This document shows, piece after piece, positions 1-14,526 of a DNA stretch of 64,000 bases; the first letter of the stretch is position 1; each line of letters begins with the position of its first letter. The notes below the pieces were generated by a model. The model saw nothing but the letters and a program-made list of their open reading frames with translations, was not told the DNA's origin and made no database searches. The stretch is from assembly GCA_048128005.1 (NCBI GenBank), contig JBEUKZ010000108.1, positions 1 through 64,000 of the forward strand, read 5' to 3'. Source of the DNA: Veleropilina oligotropha (Eukaryota). A program made the translations under genes and the position numbers.

Positions 1-173
1 AGGATCGTACCCACTCCTGTAAAGCAGATATAGTAGTCAGAAGTGTGATATGGGAGTCAGTCACCGGGTGACCACAACTTTAGTGAAGTAAATAATATGT
101 GATATGTTTAGTAAAGTATATTTGCGTGTAGCAGACGAGATCGGCAATACTAGTATGTCAAGACATAACTTAC

Positions 174-227
174 CTTACGCCGGTATGTACCGCATGTGAC
201 GTGGATTTCTTGAAACGCTCGCATTAA
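174..227 (-). other. Possible small exon of a minus-strand gene leaving the window
   Basis: Minus strand: ttttacaaag| 54 nt |gtaagt (AAG|GTAAGT consensus); next candidate acceptor ctttacag| at 17-19. Frame ambiguous. Confidence 0.25.
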
Positions 228-1212
228 CTTTGTAAAATGAATCAATGCAAACATTAAATATATACTTAATTCTTTTTAACGTATCTGATTTCCTATCTAC
301 GCATGAGGATAAAGTTTTTTTTAAAGTGGCTCTAACGAGGATTACCTCGAGCACATACTGTCACATTCCATATAAAGCCGTAACCCCTGCAACCGTTATG
401 TCTCTCCGATGCACCGATGTGCTGAGTCCTTTAATCAGATGTATGCATAAACGATTTTGATAGAAGGGTGTTCTAGGAGCTGGATTCGATCAATTGTCAA
501 CCTGTCACTTTTAGAGTTGATGGACCCCCCATTAATATTTTAAGGTTAGCTGAGTATCTCAATAAACGCACATGACTCGTGATCAACATGTTGAACTAAT
601 GCGGCTGAGAGTATGATGTGTTTTAGATGTGGTTCGATGCTCAGCACACTTAATATAAAGGGTCATATCGGGACGCTTTATTAGTTTAATCACATGAGGA
701 AACACGGTCTTCGGGGAAAACCCATCACCTAGTTCAGGCGACTGTGGCTGTTAACTGGACAAAAGTCTCGAATCAAGGATTCAAACCCACTCCGCCGAAG
801 TGATTTAGATCAGTACGGGTAGACGCTCTAATCCGCAGAGCATCAGGTGTTTTAGAGAGGACTTTATGAACCAATATATACTGCTCGATAAAAGCTCGGA
901 ATACTTAAATATAGAACCATGTATTATAAATAATAAAAAGAATCAGTAAGCAATTTCATACAAGCCTATAGTATATGCGAAATCAAAATGAAAAGCGTGA
1001 AACGTTCAACTGAGTTAAGGGCCGTTCCCTCTCCCCAAAAATTCAATTCGGGTCCCTTAATTAAATCACTAGAACATTTCTGGTGTCGCGCTATTCATTA
1101 TGATGTCGCATCAAATGCACCGGTGTGGTATTAAAATGACCCTGTCCGTGAGATAGTGTATCCCCCCTACTGCGCATGCGTGTTGGTTATACTGTGTTAC
1201 TTATTATTTTGA

Positions 1213-2283
1213 TTTATCATATAGCCGGGTCATTTTACATAGCGCCAAAGTATTTAATATTAACCATAATACACATGTGTTATTGACTTTTTAATTGTGA
1301 TTGCATAATTTTATCAATGAAACAGAATAACAGCCAATGACAGAGCGAGTCGCACAAGGTCATTTACAGTGTACCGTACTTCATTTTACTATGCGATTTC
1401 GGCGATATGTCATATAATTGATCAGAAAAACATGGCCACGGTCAAGGGAAAATACTGCAACTAACCACCAATATTAAGTGCAGACAAGATCGTTAAACAC
1501 CCGATAACCATAGCATACAAAATTCAACGTAGTTGGCCTAGTTTGCAATTTAGTTTCTGCTATGCCATATATGTTTGGTGTACATTTCATTTCATTCATT
1601 ACCGCCATATTGGCGTCGCTTAGAACTTATTTTAGATGGAAATTAACATATTAACGTTGCATTTCTACAAAATGATTCTGGAAACGTCTTTATAATTGTT
1701 AACATATACAAAGCCGACCATTTTGCTATGATTCTGATGCTTTATATGTAAGTAGACGAACTTTCGTCGAGAGCAGACGACAAATGGTGTCAACCTCTGA
1801 TACAATAAAACCGAAATGGACAGGAGTCACGCGTGACACGCATTTCATGTTCTTTGAATAGAGTTTGTTGAATTAGTATATTTTGATAAAGTGTCCTTAG
1901 TTCTTTTCATAACAGCATTTGTTGCTCTTTACAGTTTATAGAGTAGGTAAACACCGGGTTATTTTTCACACCCAATGCCACATTTCATGACGTCAACAAT
2001 CAATTTACAAATTTCACCTTCTGCAATATTACTACGCCGCATAATTATGTTAGTAGTATTATGTTAGAAGGGTCAACAAAATTAAAAGCAACGTTTACAG
2101 CTTGTTTCCTTATAAATTTGAGATATATGATAAAAAGAATCTCACATTCGTGGTCATTTTATATTACATTTATGAAACTCGTTAACTAATTTTCATATTT
2201 TCCTCGGTGAAACCTCGGAAAATTAGTTAACTCGTTTCATAAATGTGATATTAAATGACCATTCATGTGAGATCCCCTCTATA
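1213..2283. mobile_element. Foldback element with a terminal palindrome (2136-2283)
   Basis: Long imperfect palindrome with loop CCTCGG-TGAAA-CCTCGG; short inverted pair TTTATCATAT (1213) / ATATGATAAA (2125). Confidence 0.55.
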
Positions 2284-2817
2284 TTACATGATTCTGTAAC
2301 AGTTAATAGCTCAGACACAAAGTTAGTACCGGTATACATTTGAATATTCCGTAGTTTTTTGTAGCAATATAGCGTACTTGTAAAATTAAATATCGTACAT
2401 ATAAATTATAATAATAAAAATACATTTCTTTCCAATGAATAGATAGGTCGTTCCCATCTGATAACGCTAACGATTTGATAACGTTTCATCTTTTTAATTT
2501 TCAACATTTGATATCATTATAACAGGGCTATAACATTCATGACGAAATAATGGATTTTGTGACATTTTGACATGGCCCTTGGATCTTGTGTTATCGTGAT
2601 AAAAATACCGATCTTTTCAGTAGAATCCGTTTACTCTTTTATAGGCTATATAGAAAAAATTTGAATTGTTTTCGAAATAAATCAATAAAGCTTGTTCCTC
2701 TGCTTCTACTAAATGTAGGATTTTTTTCAGTTAAACGGCATTGCGAACACAAGCACAAACATGCACGCACATGACAAACCGTTGCAATTACTTAGCATTG
2801 CGTTGAAACTCAATAAT

Positions 2818-4425
2818 AAACTAGAGGAGTTGTTTTTGTGTGAACAAAAACATGTCTCCCCGTTTGAGAGAAATCATTCCACACTCAGACCCTCATGAAG
2901 TTCCAAAAGTCATAACCTACTGAAAATCAATAAGGGAACACAAAATTTTATCGTCCTGCACATGCTTGAAATGTAAGCCATGCATCTACAAATACACCAG
3001 AAGGATGGATACGATTTGAAATCTCGAAGAACAAGCCCGGACACGATGTGGGGATGAAATCAAAGATCATTACGGCAAGGTGAAAGGTCATTTTTGGAAA
3101 ATTGCACCGCCTTGCACAATGTCATGTAAGGGGTGAATAATATATGGAAGGAAATATGCGGGCATGTATAGTTTGTTCTTACCTCTGTGGCCTTGGCCTT
3201 TGACCGAACAACAAAACTGAACATAGTTATACAATGCACTTACCCTTAGGGGAAAATGCGGTGAAAATTGTTTTAAGAAAACAAAATATAGAAATCGCCA
3301 AATATGGAAATTTTTCATCAAGGTCATAGTGCCAAGGTCAAAGGGTAAAAATGCAACATTTAGCGCCATGCACATGCTTGAAGTGTGGGCCATGCATCTA
3401 CAAAGAAATTAAAAGGATAAGATTTGAAATCTCAGAGAATGGGGCCGGACACGACTTAGGGGTCAAAGGTCATTACGCCAAGGTCGAAGGTAATTTTCGG
3501 AAAATTACGCCGCCTTGCACAATGGCACGTTAAGGGGGTTAGCACACCACAGGAAATCATGCTGGCATGTACAGAACCAGAGATCTAATCCGGACAAGGT
3601 GTGTGTCAGGAAAGTACATTTTGACCTCTGTGACCTTGACCTTTGACCGAACAATAAAATTGAATATTGTTATATAATGTACTCACCCGAAGGAAAAAAT
3701 TGGTGAAAAAAAATTAATACAATAAAATAAAAAAATGCCCAAATATGGAAATTTGATCAAGGTCAAAGGGCAAAAGTGCAAATATTTTGCGCCCGGCACA
3801 TGCTTGAAGTGTGGGCCATGCATCAATAAAGAAATTAGAAGGATAAGATTTAAAATCTCAGAGAACCAGGCCGGACACGATTTCGGGGTCAAAGGTCATT
3901 AGGTCAAGGTCGAAGGTCGTTTTCGCAATATTTTGCCAAAAAGCACAATGGCGTGACAGGGGGATTTAACATACAAAAGAAATCATGCTGACATGTATAG
4001 GACCTAGCTGAGATCTAGCCCGGACAAGGTGTGTGTCAGGAAAGAACATTTTGACCTCTGTGACCTTGACCTTTGACCAAACAACAAAATTGAACATTAT
4101 ATAATGTACTCACCCTGAGGAAAAAAATTGGTGAAAAAAAATTAAGAAAAAAAAAAAAAATTCCCAAATATGGAAATTTCCTACAAAGGCAACAGTGCCA
4201 AGGTCAAAAGTGCAACATTTTAGCGTCCTGCACATGCCTAACGTGTGGGCCATGCATCTACAAATAAATTAGAAGGACAATGGCATGCTTGGACGATTTA
4301 ACCTAGCAAAGGAAATAATGCTGGCATGTATAGGACCTGAGATCTAGCCCGGACAAGAAAAGTGAGGAAGAAGGAGGAGAAAGAGAAGGAGAACGGAGTG
4401 TAAAACAATATGTCTAGACATAATA
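2818..4425 (-). mobile_element. HINE-like element with about 430-bp internal tandem repeats
   Basis: Terminal hairpin TGTTTTTG...CAAAAACA next to ATGTCTCCCC; 3-4 long repeats carrying TGACCTTGACCTTTGACC; a GAA/GGA tract and ATATGTCTAGACATAAT at the other end. Confidence 0.7.
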
Positions 4426-7400
4426 ATAACTCTTAACTCATGTTTGCAATTCAAAAATAGAAAATGGAATTTCGATATTACATGATATTACATGTCATGT
4501 TCAATCTTGCCAAAATGCCTTATATTGGGAAGTCTTTAAATGTTGTTTGAGACATAAATAAATAATTACAGGACTCGACCTACCTTAATGGTTGTCGGCC
4601 TACATTGTGCGCCCGTTTGATTCGTTTCTGTTTTACTTACAAACAAGTACCTATAAGGACAAATCTTGATTTTTAATTTGCACTCTGCATACACCTGTTG
4701 ACCCCATATTATTGAAAATGTATACATGTAGTCATTTTGTATAGTTATGTAGGCTCTATGTATAAGTATGTTTTTTTCACAAAATAAAACGTAAGATTAA
4801 CTGGTGCGTGTTTTTTCCCCGAAAAAATCCTTATTGGATCAGGTGTTCTCCTCTCTATACATATTTTGTTGAACAATTGGAGGAAACTAATATATATATA
4901 TATATATCTTATTCGTTTGAAGTGTGATATTAAACTTATGAAAATGGAAGTACCAATATGTATCGCATGCCAACAGACCAGTAATGTAGAATCTAACAAA
5001 CATATACTGATGTATTCGCTAATGGCATTAATTTTGATTCAGACGATTACAATTATGGCTCATTGAGCTCAGGTTCTTAACTCGATTGGCGATGTCTTAG
5101 TGTGTAATAAGAACATCAGGCACAATCATATACAATATAATTCTTCTGCATATGATCGTTAAATATTCCTTTATCATCACATGTATATGAGATATGACCA
5201 AAGTCTCGTCCAGGAGATTTTCAAAAATATAATCCCATCAACATTAAAGATGCTAATTGGCGACCTGGAGACAGTAAGTGCATGTTAGCTTACAAATATA
5301 ATTCTGTATACAATTGTTCATTTTCATGTCTTAGAATACTGAAAATGTATTAAAATTATTGACAAACAAAAATGTCTCGAAAATGCAAATTATTGTATAA
5401 TGTATAATATGAGTCTGCCGGAAACGGCACCAAATGGCTGCTTTGAACAAAATCTCCGGGGGGGACCCCCAACCTCCCTAGAGCAGCGGAACGCATCAGG
5501 CGTTCCGCATTTCGCGCCTCTACTACCCCCTCCCCTTGATAATTAGATCAGACTACGACCCTGTATTATACACGCTAAGGGCCAAAAATCTATCTACTGC
5601 CATCGAAAGATCGATCCGGGACAGAGTTCAGTAAGATCCATATGGATAATTTTAATATCGCAAATAAAATTTCGTACCATAATTTTAAAGAGATATATAT
5701 ATACGTACTAGTATATTACTTTTACAAATATATTTTTGAAGAATGCCGTTATTCATTATTATACCACGAGGCTCTCAGAGGAGGCGATTTGTCAATACAA
5801 GCGTATAATTATATGCAACATTATCTTGATTTCGCCGCGAATCCTCTGTTCTGATTGGCTGACGTCATTTTAATAACTGGCCGTGAACCACGGCCAGGCG
5901 TGGTTGATGGATCCTTGTACCACGGTGACGTCATTTCGCCGCGAATCCTCTGTTCTGATTGGCTGACGTCATTTTACTAACTGGCCGTAAACCACGTCCA
6001 GGCATTAACGTCAGGCGGTATTTAATACACCGTATTTACCGCGACGTCGCTCGATAACTTATAATATATACTTGTATTTCTGCAGTCTAAGCAACACGTA
6101 GATAAGCTCGCCACATCAAACGACATTTCTTACCATTAGCCAGCTCCTCCTAAATAAGACGTTAAACCGTTGAAGAGCATGCGTTGATTGAAAGTGTTTC
6201 TTGAACTCGAATGGGTATCAATGGAAGCATTCACGATGTACTTTCTATCTTGTTTATTTTGGAAATTTGCGTAGCAAAGCGCGCATGATGAAAAAAGATT
6301 TTCAAATTAGCGTTGCTGAAGACTGCCCCAAACACCGGCAGTAACATTGCATATACCAGTAATATCTGCAACTACTATACCTATTCGGATATAGGCTCAA
6401 CACCCCCGGGTTGGATACCCAGTTATCTAAATTGACCCTGGGAAGTCTCAAAATGTGATATTTTCGCCCAAACTCCCAAACGGATCATATGGATGGGTTT
6501 CCATCCACAAATCATCAATTGTCCTTTTAACAGACCTTTTGGGGTTAAAATATCAAATATTTATCGACCCTTTTTGTTCCAACAGAACGTTCACACGTAT
6601 CGTTTAGTAAACATAATACATACAAATTAATTATTTTCTTTCAGAATGTTGTCTAGCATGTTAATAGGTTCTGATTGCTGTCTACAATTAACGAATGTTC
6701 ACATTTTTATAACTTGACAACACATCTTATCATATTAGCGTCAACAACCGTGATACACTCAACTGCTCTTAACATGAAATTTCAATAAATGCCGATGGCT
6801 AGTGTCACTCAAAATTAAACTGAAACAAAATCATTGGCCATCTCTCCTGTAGTTGTATACAACATTTACGACTCAAACTGCACATTTTAACTGTATCTGT
6901 GCGTTCGATGGAGTTCGTATTCTGCCATACCCCGTGTAGAGCGTACGTCTACACGAAATACCCATTCCCGGCATGTCGTCGGGGGAGTGCTTTTACCTTC
7001 CAGACGGGCGTTTTCCATTTATAACGGTCATTAGCCGTTACTTTTCCTTGTTGTTATATATGACTTATTTCTCGTACATTTGATTTCATTTTATTTTTAC
7101 GTATGCTATGTAAATCTTAGTTTTTCACGTTGATGAATTTCGCTAATGGTTCAATGATCAAAGAGCGAGCATGTTCGACGCCACTGTTGGAGCGCCACCG
7201 CAGGCGTCGCCTTGCTCGTGGAAACACTATAGTTATCGATCACATGTATTGAAAGACCGATTTAACTGCATGTTACTGTAATTCTTGTAAATAAATGGCT
7301 AACTTGAGACACTTTTAGTGCAACACTAAGGAAGAAGGTAGGTTTTAAATCATTCGTACGCGGGTTTCTCAGTAGAGTGATTGATGCCTGTTTCGTCATT

Positions 7401-7639
7401 TTCATTTATCAGGCACGGTGGTCCGTAACCGGGTGGGGCTGGCGGTTTCCCCCATGTATTAGGGCATTTCCCCTGCACTAATATGGATGTGTCCTGGAAT
7501 GACCCTAAATATAAGGTATTAAATTGGACATTAATCCAACCAACCAAACACGCATTACCATTTGACGCGTGCATAAAGGATTAAACGATTTATAGTCATA
7601 TCGCCGAAGGGGCATTAACTTCGTCGCCTATTATTTCCC

Positions 7640-10600
7640 GGCCATAATGACGCTATTATATGACGGTCATAATGACGCTATTATATGACTGTCATAATGA
7701 CGCTATTATTTCGCGGTCATAATATCGCTATTATATGCCGGTCATAATGACGCTGTTCTTTCGCGGTTATAATATCGCTATTATATGCCGGTCATAATGA
7801 CGCTATTATATATGCCGGTCATAATGACGCTCTTTTATGCAGGTCATAATGACGCTCTTATACGCCGGTCATAATGACGCTGTTATTTCGCGGTTATAAT
7901 GACGCTATAATATATTCCGGTCATAATGACGCTCTTTTATGCCGGTCATAATGACGCTCTTATACGCCGGTCATAATGACGCTCTTATATGCCGGTCATA
8001 GTGACGCTCTTATATGCCGGTCATAATGACGCTCTTATATGCCGGTCATAATGACGCTCTTATATGCCGGTCATAATGACGCTCTTATATGCCGGTCATA
8101 ATGACGCTCTTATATGCCGGTCATAATGACGCTCTTATATGCCGGTCATAATGACGCTCTTATATGCCGGTCATAATGACGCTCTTATATGCCGGTCATA
8201 ATGACGCTCTTATATGCCGGTCATAATGACGCTCTTATATGCCGGTCATAATGACGCTCTTATATGCCGGTCATAATGACGCTCTTATATGCCGGTCATA
8301 ATGACGCTCTTATATGCCGGTCATAATGACGCTCTTATATGCCGGTCATAATGACGCTCTTATATGCCGGTCATAATGACGCTCTTATATGCCGGTCATA
8401 ATGACGCCGGTCATAATGACGCTCTTATATGCCGGTCATAATGACGCTCTTATATGCCGGTCATAATGACGCCGGTCATAATGACGCTCTTATATGCCGG
8501 TCATAATGACGCTCTTATATGCCGGTCATAATGACGCCGGTCATAATGACGCTCTTATATGCCGGTCATAATGACGCCGGTCATAATGACGCTCTTATAT
8601 GCCGGTCATAATGACGCTCTTATATGCCGGTCATAATGACGCTCTTATATGCCGGTCATAATGACGCTCTTATATGCCGGTCATAATGATGCTCTTATAT
8701 GCCGGTCATAATGATGCCGGTCATAATGACGCTCTTATATGCCGGTCATAATGACGCTCTTATATGCCGGTCATAATGACGCCGGTCATAATGACGCTCT
8801 TATATGCCGGTCATAATGACGCTCTTATATGCCGGTCATAATGACGCTCTTATATGCCGGTCATAATGACGCTCTTATATGCCGGTCATAATGACGCTCT
8901 TATATGCCGGTCATAATGACGCTCTTATATGCCGGTCATAATGACGCTCTTATATGCCGGTCATAATGACGCTCTTATATGCCGGTCATAATGACGCTCT
9001 TATATGCCGGTCATAATGACGCTCTTATATGCCGGTCATAATGACGCTCTTATACGCCGGTCATAATGACGCTCTTATATGCCGGTCATAATGACGCTGT
9101 TATATGCCGGTCATAATGACGCTCTTATATATATGCCGGTCATAATGACGCTCTTATATGCCGGTCATAATGACGCTCTTATATATATGCCGGTCATAAT
9201 GACGCTCTTATATGCCGGTCATAATGACGCTCTTATATGCCGGTCATAATGATGCTCTTATATGCCGGTCATAATGACGCTCTTATATGCCGGTCATAAT
9301 GACGCTCTTATATGCCGGTCATAATGACGCTCTTATATGCCGGTCATAATGACGCTCTTATATGCCGGTCATAATGACGCTCTTATATGCCGGTCATAAT
9401 GACGCTCTTATATGCCGGTCATAATGACGCTCTTATATGCCGGTCATAATTATGCTCTTATATATATGCCGGTCATAATGACGCTCTTATATGCCGGTCA
9501 TAATGACGCTCTTATATATATGCCGGTCATAATGACGCTCTCATATGCCGGTCATAATGACGCTCTTATATGCCGGTCATAATGACGCTCTTATATGCCG
9601 GTCATAATGACGCTCTTATATGCCGGTCATAATGACGCTCTTATATGCCGGTCATAATGACGCTCTTATATGCCGGTCATAATGACGCTCTTATATGCCG
9701 GTCATAATGACGCTCTTATATGCCGGTCATAATGACGCTCTTATATGCCGGTCATAATGTCGCTCTTATATGCCGGTCATAATGACGCTCTTATATGCCG
9801 GTCATAATGACGCTCTTATATGCCGGTCATAATGATGCTCTTATATGCCGGTCATAATGATGCTCTTATATGCCGGTCATAATGACGCTCTTATATGCCG
9901 GTCATAATGACGCTCTTTTATGCTGGTCATAATGATGCTCTTATATGCCGGTCATAATGACGCTGTTATATGCCGGTCATAATGACGCTCTTATATGCCG
10001 GTCATAATGACGCTCTTATATGCCGGTCATAATGACGCTCTTATATGCCGGTCATAATGACGCTCTTATATGCCGGTCATAATGACGCTCTTATATGCCG
10101 GTCATAATGACGCTCTTATATGCCGGTCTTAATGACGCTCTTATATGCCGGTCATAATGTCGCTCTTATATGCCGGTCATAATGACGCTCTTATATGCCG
10201 GTCATAATGACGCTCTTATATGCCGGTCATAATGATGCTCTTATATGCCGGTCATAATGACGCTCTTATATGCCGGTCATAATGACGCTCTTATATGCCG
10301 GTCATAATGACGCTCTTATATGCTGGTCATAATGACGCTCTTATATGCCGGTCATAATGACGCTCTTATATGCCGGTCATAATGACGCTCTTATATGCCG
10401 GTCATAATGACGCTCTTATATGCCGGTCATAATGACGCTCTTATATGCCGGTCATAATGACGCTCTTTTATGCCGGTCATAATGACGCTCTTATATGCCG
10501 GTCATAATGACGCTCTTATATGCCGGTCATAATGACGCTCTTATATGCCGGTCATAATGACGCTCTTATATGCCGGTCATAATGACGCTCTTATATGCCG

Positions 10601-11647
10601 GTCATAATGACGCTCTTATATGCCGGTCATAATGACGCTCTTATATGCCGGTCATAATGACGCTCTTATATGCCGGTCATAATGACGCTCTTATATGCCG
10701 GTCATAATGACGCTCTTATATGCCGGTCATAATGACGCTCTTATATGCCGGTCATAATGACGCTCTTATATGCCGGTCATAATGACGCTCTTATATGCCG
10801 GTCATAATGACGCTCTTATATGCCGGTCATAATGACGCTCTTATATGCCGGTCATAATGACGCTCTTATATGCCGGTCATAATGACGCTCTTATATGCCG
10901 GTCATAATGACGCTCTTATATGCCGGTCATAATGACGCTCTTATATGCCGGTCATAATGACGCTCTTATATGCCGGTCATAATGACGCTCTTATATGCCG
11001 GTCATAATGACGCTCTTATATGCCGGTCATAATGTCGCTCTTATATGCCGGTCATAATGACGCTCTTATATGCCGGTCATAATGACGCTCTTATATGCCG
11101 GTCATAATGACGCTCTTATATGCCGGTCATAATGACGCTCTTATATGCCGGTCATAATCACGCTCTTATATGCCGGTCATAATGACGCTCTCATATGCCG
11201 GTCATAATGACACTCTTATATGCCGGTCATAATGACGATCTTTTATGCCGGTCATAATGACGCTCTTATATGCCGGTCATAATGACGCTCTTATATGCCG
11301 GTCATAATGACGCTCTTTTATGCCGGTCATAATGACGCTCTTATATGCCGGTCATAATGACGCTCTTATATGCTGGTCATAATGACGCTCTTATATGCCG
11401 GTCATAATGACGCTCTTATATGCCGGTCATAATGACGCTCTTATATGCCGGTCATAATGACGCTCTTATATGCCGGTCATAATGACGCTCTTATATGCCG
11501 GTCATAATGACGCTCTTATATGCCGGTCATAATGACGCTCTTATATGCCGGTCATAATGACGCTCTTATATGCCGGTCATAATGACGCTCTTATATGCCG
11601 GTCATAATGATGCTCTTATATGCCGGTCATAATGACGCTCTTATATG
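7640..11647. repeat. Minisatellite, 25-bp unit GCCGGTCATAATGACGCTCTTATAT, about 160 copies
   Basis: Directly visible and highly homogeneous, with divergent copies at the left edge and occasional 15-bp and 29-bp variants. Confidence 0.98.
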
Positions 11648-11819
11648 CATATACATGCTCAGCCGATGATTCGAACCCATTGTTATTAATCACATCAGCC
11701 ATGCGAGTAAATTCGAAGTCATGATCTTATCCAATACACCACTGAAACTGGACAAGGCTGGACCTAAACAATTGCCAAAATGTAAACCAATTTATATATT
11801 ATATATACAACTTACTCAC

Positions 11820-11828
11820 CTTACTCAT
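11820..11828 (-). CDS. Possible first coding mini-exon (M-S-K) of a divergent gene
   Basis: The minus strand reads CAAAATGAGTAAG|GTGAGT: good start context directly followed by a consensus donor. Signal-only evidence. Confidence 0.25.
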
Positions 11829-12383
11829 TTTGATTCTGTCAATCGTCGTTTTGCATATAGTCATCTGACCGATGCTTTGGAATACTTATTATACAAATGA
11901 CTCTAATTCTTGTAAATTTCTTTTTCTATAAATGTAATATGTGCAATCCGTCTAAGTAAATAGCCGTCACATAAAAAACGTCATCATTTCATTTGATTTG
12001 TGTGAGAGCCATCCCCACAATCTATAGCAGCATTATTTCCGTATTATGCGTTGAAATCCTTGTGCGGTGTCTTTTAACACGACGCAAATTTTGTTTCGGC
12101 AAAGAAAACAAGCATACATTCAATTTCTTTCAAGCATATGTCACTTTGAGCCCATTGAGGTCATTAACGCGACACACTGTTCGCATGGATGATGCGTTAT
12201 ATTGGTTACCTAAGGGGCTTCTCATTAACAAAAGAAGACAGTGAATTTTCATTACTAAATCCAGGTATATCATGTTAGCAAGTGTAAGTATAATGGACGC
12301 TAATCATTTAATGTAATGTCGATGATGCACATATATCCAACCCAGCAGGAGGAAGCTACTCGTCACCATCCGATAGTCAATAA

Positions 12384-13630
12384 CGCGACAGCATCAAGTC
12401 ACGGACAGTAGCAGGTAATACATCAAGTCGCAAACATTAACAGGTAACACATCAAGTCACAGACAGTAGCAGGAAACGCGACAGCATCAAGTCACGGACA
12501 GTAGCAGGTAACACATCAAGTCACACACATTAACAGGTAACACATCAAGTCACGGACAGTAGCAGGTAACACATCAAGTCACAAACATTAACAGGTAACA
12601 CATCAAGACACAGACATTAACAGGTAACGCGACAACATCAAATCACAGACATTAGCAGGTAACGCGACAACATCAAATCACAGACATTAGCAGGTAACGC
12701 GACAGCAACAAGTCACAGACATTAGCAGGTAATACGACAGTTTCAAGTCACAGACATTAGCAGGTAACACGACAGCATCAAGTCACAAACAGCAGGTAAC
12801 ACGACAGCATCAAGTCACAGAAATCAGCAGGTAACACGACAGCATCAAGTCACAAATATTAGCAGGTAACACGACAGTTTCAAGTCACAGACATTAGCCG
12901 GTAACATGACAGCCTCAAGTCACAGACATTAGCAGGTAACATGACAGCATCAAGTCACAAACAGCAGGTAAAACGACAGCAACAAGTCACAGATATTAGC
13001 AGGTAACACGACAGCATCAAGTCACAGACATTAGCAGGTAACACGACAGCATCAAGTCACAGACATTAGCAGGTAACACGACAGCATCAAGTCACAGGCA
13101 TTAGCAGGCAACACGACAGCAACAAGTCACAGACATTAGCAGGTAACACGACAGCAACAAATCACAGACATTAACAGGTAACACGACAGCATCAAGTCAC
13201 AGACATTAGCAGGTAACACGACAACATAAAATCACAGACATTAGCCGGTAACACGACAACAACAAGTCACAGACATTAGCAGGTAACACGACAGCATCAT
13301 GTCACAAATATTAGCCGGTAACACGACAGTTTCAAGTCACAGACATTAACCGGTAACATGACAGCATCAAGTCAAAGACATTAGCAGGTAACACGACAGC
13401 ATCAAGTCACAAACAGCAGGTAAAACGACAGCGTCAAGTCACAAACATTAGCAGGTAAAACGACAGCATCAAGTCACAAACAGCAGGTAAAACGACAGCA
13501 CCAAGTCACAAACATTATCAGGTAAAACGACAGCATCAAGTCACAAACATTAGCAGGTAAAACGACAGCACCAAGTCACAAACATTAGCAGGTAAAACGA
13601 CAGCATCAAGTCACAAACATTAGCAGGTAA
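12384..13630. repeat. Minisatellite, about 35-bp unit GACAGCATCAAGTCACAGACATTAGCAGGTAACAC, about 35-40 copies
   Basis: Directly visible; most units contain CAG|GTAA. Confidence 0.95.
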
Positions 13631-14526
13631 AGTTACAGACATTGAAAGAGCGGATAGATATAGCATCAACCGGTTCACCGACTGGCGATTCATTTCGATG
13701 TCTGCCAGTTCCAATTGAAATGGGGATTTTGAAGATATCCATGTTGGATGTCAAATTAATCGCTTCATTTCTGGTTGATATCTTTGCTGATACTGTATTA
13801 CTGTGTCAGACAGTCACAAAGCGTCACAAAACGTCACAAAGCGTCAGCTTTGCTGCAATCATTTTTGGAAAGGTTTATCGATAAATAAATAATTACACAC
13901 GAGTATGGCATGGAAAGATAGTGCATCAAAAGCGTAATTCAGAATATGAAATCCCACTACTAACAGCAATTCGATATTCGTAATTGAGATTGCTTAATTG
14001 AATCTATTCGAGCCGAACCAATGAGACTAGAATCGATACCTGGCATTTGTTACCCTTTCAAGATCTGTCTGCTACGAAATTAGGAAGGACACCCAAGTTT
14101 GCCGCTCGGTATTAATAGATAGACAGTGTAGCGGATGACGTCTTTCCTACGTAACTTTTATTGACCCCCCCCCCCCCCCCCCCCGATGACTGATAGGAGA
14201 TTACAATTTATAGAATCATGCCATGACGTCAAGCCGTTTTAAAAACAGTTAGTGAAACAAGTGCATTATATCCGATATATTTTCGGTCAGCAAAGTAAAT
14301 GATCTACATTTAAATCACCGGTAATCTATCATTGGTAGGCTAAATATATATCACATCACCGGAAATCTATCATTGGTAGGCTAAATATATATCACTGCAA
14401 AAGAAAATAATAATATCAGAGTATTCAAAAGCGAAATCGGAAACAATAGTGGTTTGCAAACCATAGCATATTTGAATTTTATACATTTATAACAACTGCA
14501 AGATCATGAGAAGATTAAGCGCACAG

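Noticed and set aside
5829..6003. Duplicated GATTGGCTGACGTCA (CCAAT plus CRE) block as a promoter
   Set aside because: No adjacent exon can be supported, and similar motif pairs occur in repeat-like sequence elsewhere (e.g. about 22285), so it is more likely transposon-derived.
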